A stretch of DNA of 60,040 bases from Patescibacteria group bacterium (GTDB lineage Bacteria; Patescibacteriota; Patescibacteriia; Veblenbacterales; UBA10138). The notes beneath the pieces were generated by a model. That model was not told the DNA's origin and made no database searches. It saw only the letters and a list, made by a program, of their open reading frames with translations. Both the position numbers and the translations under genes were made by a program. Where the stretch lies: contig JBAZOT010000007.1 of NCBI GenBank assembly GCA_041648575.1, positions 1 through 60,040 of the forward strand, in the 5' to 3' direction. Of the stretch, positions 9,446-17,254 are shown in pieces; within the stretch, counting starts at the first letter, position 1; each line of letters opens with the position of its first letter.

Positions 9446-11454
9446 GCAAAACAAGGTTTATCTTAAAATCATCTTTTAAACCAACTGGGGATCAGCCGCA
9501 GGCTATAACTAAGTTAATTCAAGGATTAAACAAGGATTTTAAACACCAAACTCTCTTGGGTGTAACTGGTTCTGGTAAGACTTTTACTATGGCCAACGTG
9601 ATAGCGCAAATGCAACGGCCGACTTTGATTATTTCTCATAATAAAACTTTAGCTGCTCAACTGGCTTCGGAATTTAGACAATTTTTCCCAGAAAACGCTG
9701 TGCACTATTTTGTTTCTTATTACGACTATTATCAGCCCGAAGCCTATATTCCGCAATCTGACACTTACATAGAAAAGGAAACTAAAATTAACGAGGAAAT
9801 AGATCGTCTGCGCCACGCTTCTACTCAAAGCATTCTTTCGCGCCGCGATACTATTATTGTGGCGTCGGTTTCCTGTATTTATGGGTTAGGTAGCCCAACT
9901 GAATATGACAAAGTAAAAATTTCTTTAAAGCAGAATCAATTGTTTCCCCGTCAAAAATTACTGCGTCAGCTCACTGAACTGCAATATCAGCGTGCTAATT
10001 TTGATTTTAGGCGAGGCACTTTTCGCGTTAGCGGTGAAATAGTTGAAATTTATCCTACTTTTGCCCTGGACCAATTTTACCGCTTGAGATATGACGGCAA
10101 CAAAATTGAAAAAATTACCGAGCACCAAGCTCTAACTTTGGATAAAATAACCGAACACCAAGAAATTAATCTTTACCCTGCCACTCACTATGTAGCTCCC
10201 AGTGATAGATTCCAACAAGCTTTAACACAAATTAAACAGGATTTGGTCAAGGAAGTGGCTAAATTTAAAAAAGTGGGAAAATTATTAGAAGCCGAGCGGC
10301 TACAACAGCGCACTAATTATGATTTGGAAATGATTAAAACTACTGGCTACTGTAATGGCATTGAAAATTACTCACGTTATTTTGACGGCCGCATTCCAGG
10401 CACACCGTCCTATACTTTAATTGATTATTTTCCTAAAGATTGGCTGTTGTTTATTGATGAATCTCATATGACTATTCCCCAGCTTAATGGTATGTATGCC
10501 GGCGACTACTCGCGTAAACGAACTTTAATTGATTTTGGTTTTCGCCTTAAAGCTTCTTTTGATAACCGACCGCTTAAATTCACTGAATTCAGTAAAAAAC
10601 TGAATCAAACCATTTATGTTTCTGCCACACCAACTGATTATGAAAAAAATCTTTCCCAAACTATCGCTGAACAAATTATCAGACCCACTGGATTATTGGA
10701 TCCTACTATTGAAATAAAACCAACTAAAAATCAAATCGACCATTTGGTAGAAGCGATTAAACAAACAACCAAGAAAAAACAACGAGTGTTAGTTACCACC
10801 CTCACCAAACGCACAGCTGAAGATCTGGCTGATTATTTAAATGATGAAGGAATCAAGGTGCGCTATCTACATTCAGAAATTGACACTTTTGAACGATTAG
10901 AAATTTTGCACGATTTACGCTCTGGTAAATATGATGTAATAGTAGGAATAAACCTGTTGCGCGAAGGATTAGACCTGCCAGAAGTAAGCCTAATTGCCAT
11001 ACTAGACGCTGATAAAGAGGGTTTTTTGCGCTCGGCCCAGGCTTTAATCCAAACCATGGGCCGGGCAGCCAGGCACGCCCAGGGCCATATTATTATGTAT
11101 GCTGATAAAATCACGCGCTCAATGAAACAAGCAATTAGCGAAACCAGCAGACGACGGGTTAAACAGCAAAAATATAACCAAGAACATGGCATTACGCCCC
11201 AATCTATCACTAAAAAACTCAAAGATGATAAATTGGCCGGTGGCAGGCAACTAGCCGAAGTGGTGCCGATTTTTAAAGAACTGAAACTAGATAAGCTACC
11301 TAAAGAAGAAATTGCTTATTTAATTAAAGATTTAACTAATCAAATGGAATTGGCAGCACAAAACCTGGAATACGAAAAAGCCGCCGCCCTGCGCGACCAA
11401 ATTAGTGAGATTAAAAAATTAATCAATAAAAAAAGAGTCACCAGAAGATTATAG
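9442..11454 (+). CDS. uvrB: Excinuclease ABC subunit B
   Basis: 670 aa; FKPTGDQPQAI, GVTGSGKTFT Walker A, C-terminal UVR motif LEYEKAAALRDQI. Confidence 0.97.
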   Translation: MSKTRFILKSSFKPTGDQPQAITKLIQGLNKDFKHQTLLGVTGSGKTFTMANVIAQMQRPTLIISHNKTLAAQLASEFRQFFPENAVHYFVSYYDYYQPEAYIPQSDTYIEKETKINEEIDRLRHASTQSILSRRDTIIVASVSCIYGLGSPTEYDKVKISLKQNQLFPRQKLLRQLTELQYQRANFDFRRGTFRVSGEIVEIYPTFALDQFYRLRYDGNKIEKITEHQALTLDKITEHQEINLYPATHYVAPSDRFQQALTQIKQDLVKEVAKFKKVGKLLEAERLQQRTNYDLEMIKTTGYCNGIENYSRYFDGRIPGTPSYTLIDYFPKDWLLFIDESHMTIPQLNGMYAGDYSRKRTLIDFGFRLKASFDNRPLKFTEFSKKLNQTIYVSATPTDYEKNLSQTIAEQIIRPTGLLDPTIEIKPTKNQIDHLVEAIKQTTKKKQRVLVTTLTKRTAEDLADYLNDEGIKVRYLHSEIDTFERLEILHDLRSGKYDVIVGINLLREGLDLPEVSLIAILDADKEGFLRSAQALIQTMGRAARHAQGHIIMYADKITRSMKQAISETSRRRVKQQKYNQEHGITPQSITKKLKDDKLAGGRQLAEVVPIFKELKLDKLPKEEIAYLIKDLTNQMELAAQNLEYEKAAALRDQISEIKKLINKKRVTRRL

Positions 11455-11491
11455 TGACTCCGTTTGGTAATTGGTAAATTGTTGTTCTGAA

Positions 11492-12154
11492 CTAAATTAA
11501 GGCATCTTTTAGCCGCTTTAAACCAGCGCTAATTTGACGAGTTAAAGCTTCATGCGGTTGATCAATCCAGGGCACTCGCCCAGTTGATTCTTCTTCTGGA
11601 ATAACATCACCGACATATTCGGCATAAAAGTTAGAGCATTTTTTATGCCATAATACCATGGTCCTTATCTCAAACTCATAACCGTACCAATCTCGTAGCA
11701 ATTGTTCTGCTTTATGTAAGGTATCGCCGCTATCATCTAAGTCATCAATAACCAGCACGCGATGCCAAGGCCAGGGTTTTTTTTCCTTTTTCCTCTTAGA
11801 GCGGCGATCAATAAAGGCAATACCCTCAGCAAAAAATGTTCTATTGGAGCGCTTTTCGGCAAGCACTTTCCCGGTCCGGCGGTAACTCTGCGCCATCCAA
11901 ACGCCATAGCGAATTCCGAGAATGCGGGCAATAATAGCCCCAAACAGACCACCGGTGGCCACACAGATTATGATATCTGGCCGATAATGTGAAATCATCA
12001 ATAAGTGAATTAATTTGAGTATCAGTTTGAGATATTGATTAAAGGTAACATGAATAATGGGCTGCCGCTTTTTGTTAATCTCCAGTTGGTATCCACGCCA
12101 ACGTCGAAATTTGATTGCGGGCTTTTGAATGTGCCCTTTTGTTTTCTTTTTCAT
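11492..12154 (-). CDS. Phosphoribosyltransferase-family protein
   Basis: PRPP-binding loop RVLVIDDLDDSGDTL; 220 aa with a basic N-terminal extension. Confidence 0.6.
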   Translation of the reverse strand: MKKKTKGHIQKPAIKFRRWRGYQLEINKKRQPIIHVTFNQYLKLILKLIHLLMISHYRPDIIICVATGGLFGAIIARILGIRYGVWMAQSYRRTGKVLAEKRSNRTFFAEGIAFIDRRSKRKKEKKPWPWHRVLVIDDLDDSGDTLHKAEQLLRDWYGYEFEIRTMVLWHKKCSNFYAEYVGDVIPEEESTGRVPWIDQPHEALTRQISAGLKRLKDALI

Positions 12155-12221
12155 AACTGTATCCTTAATTATGTTGTCAAAGAATGATTTTAATTAAACT
12201 TACCTTACGCCATTAATATTT

Positions 12222-12644
12222 ATGCGTCAAGTGTATAACAAAGTTCTAGTTTTCGGGGTTTTTGATCTATTGCACCCAGGTCATAACTATTTTTTAAAAC
12301 AAGCTAAAAAATATGGCCAAAGATTGATAGTAGTGGTAGCTAGAGATAAAACCACCAAACACTGTAAACGCCATTACCCAATTCAAAACCAGCAAATACG
12401 CCTTAAGCAAATTAAATCATTGCCCTTTGTTTGGCAGGCACTATTAGGTAATAAAGAAATAAATCATAATTATCAAATGGTTAAAAAAATTAAACCTGAT
12501 GTTATTTGCTTAGGTTATGATCAAGATGGAGAGATTAATAAAATTAAACAAGATATGAAACGTCGTCGTCTGACCCTTCATCTAATCCGCCTTAAAGCTT
12601 ATTATCCTAAAAAATACAAAAGCCATATATTAAGACGAAAATAA
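12222..12644 (+). CDS. Cytidylyl/adenylyltransferase-family protein (TagD/RibL-like)
   Basis: KVLVFGVFDLLHPGHNYFLKQAKKYG...LIVVVARD; HxGH nucleotidyltransferase signature. Confidence 0.6.
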   Translation: MRQVYNKVLVFGVFDLLHPGHNYFLKQAKKYGQRLIVVVARDKTTKHCKRHYPIQNQQIRLKQIKSLPFVWQALLGNKEINHNYQMVKKIKPDVICLGYDQDGEINKIKQDMKRRRLTLHLIRLKAYYPKKYKSHILRRK

Positions 12645-12699
12645 GCGAGCTTGCTAAAAAAATATATAGATGCTAAGATGCTTTTACTAATAATTAATC

Positions 12700-12730
12700 T
12701 AGGATTTAGAAATTAGAATTTAGGATTTAA
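12700..12730 (+). repeat. Heptad-phased stop-codon array (TAG x4, TAA x1 at exact 7-nt spacing) just upstream of rpsT
   Basis: TAGGATT TAGAAAT TAGAATT TAGGATT TAA; stops begin at 12700, 12707, 12714, 12721, 12728. Confidence 0.8.
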
Positions 12731-12737
12731 TATATTT

Positions 12738-13001
12738 ATGCCAATTAAGAAAGCTTCGTGGAAACATTATCGCCAAACTCCTAAAAGAACCGCTCACAAT
12801 ACCAAAATTCGGGTGGCCATGGAAATAGCTGTTAAAACAGCTCGTAAAGCTATAACCAGCAAGGCTGGCGATGTTAAAGATAAAGTTACAGCAGCTATAA
12901 AAGCACTAGATCGCGCTGCCCAAAAAGGTATTATTAAGAAAAACAACGCGGCTAGAAAAAAGTCTAGATTAATGAAAGCACTTCATAAGAGTAAGAAATA
13001 A
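12738..13001 (+). CDS. rpsT: 30S ribosomal protein S20
   Basis: MPIKKASWKHYRQTPKRTAHNTKIR...AAQKGIIKKNNAARKKSRL. Confidence 0.9.
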   Translation: MPIKKASWKHYRQTPKRTAHNTKIRVAMEIAVKTARKAITSKAGDVKDKVTAAIKALDRAAQKGIIKKNNAARKKSRLMKALHKSKK

Positions 13002-13015
13002 ATTTACTAAATGCC

Positions 13016-13046
13016 AAAAACGCCCCTTCAGGGGCGTTTTTGTTTT
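13016..13046 (+). terminator. Rho-independent terminator of rpsT
   Basis: AAAAA-CGCCCC-TTCA-GGGGCG-TTTTTGTTTT. Confidence 0.85.
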
Positions 13047-13049
13047 AAT

Positions 13050-13212
13050 TAAACGCCGTAGTGAGGCCTTCAGAATTTGCGTGATTAGTGGTCGCTGTGG
13101 ATAGCAAATTCGTTTGGCCGAATAGGCGTTTCTAGTAGCGTGCCAGGGGTGGAGGCGGCGGAGGTAGGGGACGGGCTTCGCAACTTTGAGACCCCTACTT
13201 CCGCCAAAAAAA
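13050..13212. other. GC-rich, strongly structured intergenic block (REP-like elements or an unassigned ncRNA)
   Basis: Nested helices AAACGCC/GGCGTTT, GGCC/GGCC and GAATTTGC/GCAAATTC (13050-13132), then GGCGGAGGTAGGGG...CCCCTACTTCCGCC followed by an A-run. The 95-aa ORF 12969..13256 (-) over it looks spurious. Confidence 0.4.
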
Positions 13213-13289
13213 TCTAAAAAAGTGGTGAAAGAATACTCTAAGTCACCTACTTTCAAATAAAAAACTTCTCCAAGAGAAATGAAAAAAAA

Positions 13290-14309
13290 TTAAATCGCGC
13301 TGTTGGTAGTGGCCAAACGGCTTAGGAATAAATCAAATAACATCTGTGGATCTAACTGTGTGCTTTTTAACTTCACATCTAAATCTGAAAGTTCCTGATA
13401 TAACAACTTTAACTTTTTAATATGATAATGAGGAATTTGGGTTAAAGCTTTAGTAACCACATAAGGGTGTAGTTTTAATTTGCTGGCGATTTCTTTAGCT
13501 GAAGCACGCTGATGCTGGTCTAAATATTCCCTGACCTGCCACAATACTCGCAAATGCCACGCTAACATACCAACCAACCCTTGTGGACTAGTACCAGCTG
13601 CAAACTGCTCTTCTAATTTTCTAATTGCCTGCTTAAAATCCCGCTTGCCCACAGCATCAATTACTGCAAAAACATCTTCTTCTACTTTTTGGACAACTAA
13701 TAAATCCAAATCAGCTGCTTTAATTTCCCGCGTGCTAGCATAAGCAACTAATTTGCCAATTTCTTGTTCCAACAATAAAAAATTATTTCCTACCAGCGCT
13801 CCCAATAGCGAAGCGTTGGCACTGGAAATTTTTCCACCTGCTTTTTTAACTCGCGCCACTATCCAATCGTCCAGCTCTCGAGGGTTAAAATTAAAAAATT
13901 CTTTACTGTTTACCTTTCCCTCTGCCGTCAGCTTTTTTAATTTTTTTACTAACTTATTTTGATTATTAATCTTATTAGTCTCAACTATAATTACAAAAAT
14001 ACCTGGGGCAAGTTGCTCAATCTGCTCGGCAATATAATCTGCTGCTTCATCTGCTTTTTGGGCAAAATCAGTCAAAATTACTAGCTTAGTTTCGATAAAT
14101 AAACCAACGCTTTTTAACGCCTGGCTTAATTTTGAAATTGCTTCAGCGCCACCATACTCAATCCGCTCCACCAAAGCGCCAGGATGACGCTTGTAAAATT
14201 CCTGTTGCCAGCGCGCTAATTCAACTTGTAACAACGACTGATTTTCCCCATACCAAAACTGCACCGCGACTTTGGTTTTACTTTTCTGAACTAATATTTT
14301 CGTTGGCAT
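13290..14309 (-). CDS. holA: DNA polymerase III subunit delta
   Basis: 339 aa; typical HolA layout (...FWYGENQSLL..., C-terminal helical domain); 1-nt gap to the upstream gene. Confidence 0.75.
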   Translation of the reverse strand: MPTKILVQKSKTKVAVQFWYGENQSLLQVELARWQQEFYKRHPGALVERIEYGGAEAISKLSQALKSVGLFIETKLVILTDFAQKADEAADYIAEQIEQLAPGIFVIIVETNKINNQNKLVKKLKKLTAEGKVNSKEFFNFNPRELDDWIVARVKKAGGKISSANASLLGALVGNNFLLLEQEIGKLVAYASTREIKAADLDLLVVQKVEEDVFAVIDAVGKRDFKQAIRKLEEQFAAGTSPQGLVGMLAWHLRVLWQVREYLDQHQRASAKEIASKLKLHPYVVTKALTQIPHYHIKKLKLLYQELSDLDVKLKSTQLDPQMLFDLFLSRLATTNSAI

Positions 14310-14310
14310 A

Positions 14311-14907
14311 TTATTTAACTTTAAACTGTTTTATTATCCGTGTCACTTGCCAATTCTTATTTACTTGACAAATCGCTATAGTATCCGCTTTAAATGATAA
14401 TCTAATATTCTGTAAAAATTTACTTACCAAACCAACGCACTTTGAATCAAATTTACCAATAGTCAAATGCGGTTTATAAACATAAGGACTATTACTGACG
14501 CCATATTTTTTACGATTCTCTTTTTCTTTCCTGGTTAGATTACGGTGACTCCATGGCGGCATCATTCCCGTACGTAAGTTAGCACAATTTTTAAATATAG
14601 CAGTTCTAAATTTTTTTAATAAACCATAACCCATTAAAGGAAAAACGCTCCAACTTTCCTCACTTTCATGACAACCATTAACTCTTAATTGACACGTAGA
14701 ATATGAAACAGCTAATTTTTTTACTATTTTATACAACGTGGATATCCGCGTAGCGCTAGTATTTATATGAAAAAGAGAACAATGAGAAAACATTTTTTTA
14801 TTATCAACCAAACACGATGCTTTACAAATACGATTTGCTTCTAAAGCTAACCTTCCCAATTTCTTCCGTAACTTCGCCGGCGGTAAAATTACAATATCTA
14901 ATAACAT
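14311..14907 (-). CDS. 2H-phosphoesterase superfamily protein (LigT/2'-5' RNA ligase-like)
   Basis: Two H-x-[ST]-x motifs about 105 aa apart: HCSL (FSHCSLFHI) and HLTI (KPHLTIGKF). Confidence 0.45.
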   Translation of the reverse strand: MLLDIVILPPAKLRKKLGRLALEANRICKASCLVDNKKMFSHCSLFHINTSATRISTLYKIVKKLAVSYSTCQLRVNGCHESEESWSVFPLMGYGLLKKFRTAIFKNCANLRTGMMPPWSHRNLTRKEKENRKKYGVSNSPYVYKPHLTIGKFDSKCVGLVSKFLQNIRLSFKADTIAICQVNKNWQVTRIIKQFKVK

Positions 14908-14937
14908 AATTAAGTAATCTTATCTTAACACCGTCTA

Positions 14938-15672
14938 CTACTTAGATAAAGTTTTCCAAACTAACTCAAACTGAGCGCGTTCAATTTTGGCTAATTCTTC
15001 ACTTTCAATTAATACAGCAATTAAATCTTTATAAAAAGTAAATAAAGCAACTTTGTTACCAAAAATCATTTTCATACCATGAAAATCATAAGCTGCCGAA
15101 ATTAAACGAACTTGGCGTAACTCTTTAGACCCTAATTGTTTTCGTTCCCTAGCTTTAGCTGAATCGCGGGTAATAACACGTGCTGGAATTTTAAGTGCCA
15201 CCCGACGTTTAACAAATTCAGGAAAATAATCGTCTAACACAATAAAAAGATCTTCAGCTGAACTAAAGGTCAAAAATTCACTTTTGCTTTCCAAAACCTC
15301 CTCTAAAATTACTTTCATTCCTTCTTTACCATAAAATAACCGTACCATTGGACGATCTTGCGGACTTTGGTAAAGCGCTTGAAGTTGCGGCAGGGCTGAT
15401 TCTAATAATCTAGCTCTATCTTGAGCCAGTTTAAACAACTTTTCAGGGTTTTCTGCTGTATAATGCTTAACGCCCTTTTGCGCAAAAGTAGAAACCAATC
15501 CTTTTTTAGCTAACTCATCTAAAATATCATATACACTAGCCCGCGGCAGTTCGCTTTTACGGGCTATTTTTTGAACGGCTGATGAGCCCAGCTCTAAAAG
15601 ACCAAGATAAACTTGGGCTTCTTTTGGGCTTAAACCAAAGGTTTTTAGGATATTTTGTAAGTCTTGAATCAT
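14938..15672 (-). CDS. TrmB-family transcriptional regulator (copy 1)
   Basis: FGLSPKEAQVYLGLLELGSSAVQKIARKSELPRASVYDILDELAKKGLVS winged-helix N-domain. ATG at 15672 (MIQDLQNILK) preferred over the track TTG at 15693, because the duplicated remnant at 17077 starts at the equivalent ATG. Confidence 0.85.
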   Translation of the reverse strand: MIQDLQNILKTFGLSPKEAQVYLGLLELGSSAVQKIARKSELPRASVYDILDELAKKGLVSTFAQKGVKHYTAENPEKLFKLAQDRARLLESALPQLQALYQSPQDRPMVRLFYGKEGMKVILEEVLESKSEFLTFSSAEDLFIVLDDYFPEFVKRRVALKIPARVITRDSAKARERKQLGSKELRQVRLISAAYDFHGMKMIFGNKVALFTFYKDLIAVLIESEELAKIERAQFELVWKTLSK

Positions 15673-15707
15673 ATTTGCCGGTAATTTCGACAACTAATTA
15701 TATCTCA

Positions 15708-15736
15708 AATTTAGCTTATTTAAGGCATATTGTCAA
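15708..15736 (-). promoter_or_regulatory. Sigma70-like promoter of the TrmB-family gene
   Basis: Minus strand TTGACA (15736-15731), 17-nt spacer, TAAATT (15713-15708); back to back with the + strand promoter. Confidence 0.55.
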
Positions 15737-15762
15737 TACTACTTATCAACCTGCCGCCAATC

Positions 15763-15791
15763 TTGACAAGTTTACCTTTTACCGATATACT
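15763..15791 (+). promoter_or_regulatory. Near-consensus sigma70 promoter of cassette ORF A
   Basis: TTGACA (15763-15768), 17-nt spacer containing the direct repeat TTTACC-T-TTTACC, TATACT (15786-15791). Confidence 0.65.
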
Positions 15792-15849
15792 GATCTGTTA
15801 AAAACAAAATAACTAAATAACGAACATTAACAATTTAAGGAGAAATGAA

Positions 15850-16455
15850 ATGAAAACAATGAATATTCAAGTACCAAAAATTCCTATTGGTAGTTTAGTC
15901 TACCTAGACTGCTCAATAATAATCCCCGCACAAAAGTCTAAAAAGATTCAGCGCTTGGATTCGGAACGGGTGATAAGGTTTTGTAAATACGGAGTTAAAA
16001 CTCGCCCAACTTCTTATGACACAGGATTGGTTGGCAGCGCCGGTACAATGGAAGACCAAGTTGAAGATGAAATAATACCTACCAAACTAGATTTCAACTA
16101 CCATCCGGTAGCGGAAGGTGAGGAAATCTCATGCGACGAGTTAATAGAACGGGCCCAACAAGTGGGCGCAATTGGTAGTTTGCTATTCGGTAAGCTGGCT
16201 ATTGATTTACAAGATACAGAACTAAATATATTACCAATACCAGTTGAAATTGAATCAGATCACCAAATTGCCTTGCCTAACACAATACTTGGACATGAAG
16301 TTGCTGGCGTTATTGGCAAAATTTCAGATCACTTTGTGGAAGTGAAAATGCCTTATCTAAACTGGAATCAGTTTGCGAAGAAGTGGGAACTAAAATTTGC
16401 TTCGCCCGATTCTCACGTTTGGAAAAGCAGAGTTTGCTTGATACTTATGAAATAA
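15850..16455 (+). CDS. Hypothetical protein, cassette ORF A (201 aa), no recognisable family
   Basis: AAGGAG SD 7 nt upstream of ATG; soluble, acidic middle region; no TM segment. Confidence 0.7.
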   Translation: MKTMNIQVPKIPIGSLVYLDCSIIIPAQKSKKIQRLDSERVIRFCKYGVKTRPTSYDTGLVGSAGTMEDQVEDEIIPTKLDFNYHPVAEGEEISCDELIERAQQVGAIGSLLFGKLAIDLQDTELNILPIPVEIESDHQIALPNTILGHEVAGVIGKISDHFVEVKMPYLNWNQFAKKWELKFASPDSHVWKSRVCLILMK

Positions 16456-16506
16456 GTTGTGAGGAAAGAACAAAACCTAATCGAAAGTGCAATGTAAAAT
16501 CAAACC

Positions 16507-16539
16507 AGACGGGTGGAATAAAAAATGTTTCACCCGTCT
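16507..16539 (+). promoter_or_regulatory. Conserved intercistronic hairpin (copy 1)
   Basis: AGACGGGTG-GAATAAAAAATGTTT-CACCCGTCT; perfect 9-bp stem, not followed by a U-run; repeated at 18131..18163. Confidence 0.7.
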
Positions 16540-16574
16540 ATTAATCTGAAGTACTAAACAAAAGGAGAAATAGA

Positions 16575-16685
16575 ATGAAAAATGAGAATAAGCCTGTTGT
16601 ACTTTTAATAGTCTGTGCTTTGTGTATAGTAGCCATATTTATTATCTGGTTTATTACAATCGGCATGCCTTATGCATTGAACTAG
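16575..16685 (+). CDS. 36-aa hydrophobic single-TM peptide (copy 1)
   Basis: AAAGGAG SD; MKNENKPVVLLIVCALCIVAIFIIWFITIGMPYALN; 30 of 36 residues identical to the peptide at 18558..18668. Confidence 0.6.
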   Translation: MKNENKPVVLLIVCALCIVAIFIIWFITIGMPYALN

Positions 16686-16775
16686 CTATTCCAAAAAACA
16701 GATGTCTTGATATTATATGGCTAGGTGGGTAATGATATCCATTAACAACAACTAAAAAAATAAAACATTAATCAA

Positions 16776-16808
16776 AACCGGGATTGAAAATTCAGTCTCG
16801 GTTTTTTA
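16776..16808 (+). terminator. Rho-independent terminator of cassette 1
   Basis: AACCGGGATTGA-AAAT-TCAGTCTCGGTT-TTTTATTTT. Confidence 0.75.
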
Positions 16809-16840
16809 TTTTCTATGGCTAAATTACTTTGCATTAATTT

Positions 16841-16901
16841 GTATCAATGTGTTAACCCAGAACTAGAGCTTCGCACAGTACTGGGCATGGTACATTAATA
16901 C
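16841..16901. repeat. Approx. 60-nt inverted-repeat structure (copy 1)
   Basis: GTATCAATGT-GTTAA-CCCAGAACT...AGTACTGGG-CATGGT-ACATTAATAC; same architecture at 18902..18961. Confidence 0.65.
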
Positions 16902-16945
16902 AAACACATAATAATCTCTGGATTAAAATTGATACTATAGATTGC

Positions 16946-16983
16946 AGATTGCTTTGCCCTGCGAACACGAAACTCGCAATAAC
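16946..16983. repeat. Short GC-rich palindromic element (ATTGC...GCAAT type)
   Basis: AGATTGCTTTGCCCTGCGAACACGAAACTCGCAATAAC; its ends recur at 18995-19010 and 19137-19150, flanking extra nested copies. Confidence 0.55.
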
Positions 16984-16999
16984 AAATATCAATCAAAAA

Positions 17000-17077
17000 C
17001 TAATAACTAAGGTAAATTACGGCTTCTTTTGGGCTTAAACCAAAGGTTTTTAGGGTATTTTGTAAATCTTGAGTCAT
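17000..17077 (-). pseudogene. Truncated duplicate of the TrmB-family gene 5-prime end (25 codons, then stop)
   Basis: Minus strand MTQDLQNTLKTFGLSPKEA-VIYLSY* versus intact MIQDLQNILKTFGLSPKEAQVYLG; homology breaks at 17020/17021. Confidence 0.8.
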
Positions 17078-17167
17078 ATATGCCGGTAATTTCGACAACT
17101 AATCATATCTCAAATCTAGCTTATTTAAAGCATATTGTCAATACTACTTATCAACCTGCCGGAAGTA

Positions 17168-17196
17168 TTGACAAATTTGCCTATACGACGTATAGT
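17168..17196 (+). promoter_or_regulatory. Duplicated sigma70 promoter driving cassette ORF B, with a different spacer
   Basis: TTGACA (17168-17173), 17-nt spacer, TATAGT (17191-17196). The perfect palindrome CTATACG-A-CGTATAG (17181-17195) overlaps the -10. Confidence 0.65.
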
Positions 17197-17254
17197 GACT
17201 TGTTTAAAACAAAATAACTAAATAATGAACATTAACAATTAAAGGAGAAATAAA

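Noticed and set aside
12969-13256. Track ORF 12969..13256 (-, 95 aa) and ORF 23799..24068 (+, 89 aa)
   Set aside because: The first spans the rpsT terminator and the GC-rich palindromic block. The second reads across tRNA sequences on the wrong strand. Neither has a plausible start context.
15582-15812. Track ORFs 15582..15812 (+, 76 aa) and 17029..17217 (+, 62 aa), which are similar to each other and could be mistaken for a conserved small-protein family
   Set aside because: They are the antisense reading of the TrmB-family gene 5-prime end plus its promoter spacer. Their similarity only reflects the DNA duplication 15620-15849 / 17021-17254. They have no SD, and they run through the mapped -35/-10 boxes.
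16255-16340. A zinc alcohol-dehydrogenase-like motif (ILGHEVAGVIGKISDHF) in cassette ORF A
   Set aside because: It does not satisfy the full Zn-ADH signature (G-H-E-x2-G-x5-[GA]). It sits near the C-terminus of a 201-aa protein instead of around residue 60 of a ~340-aa enzyme. No Rossmann GxGxxG motif follows.
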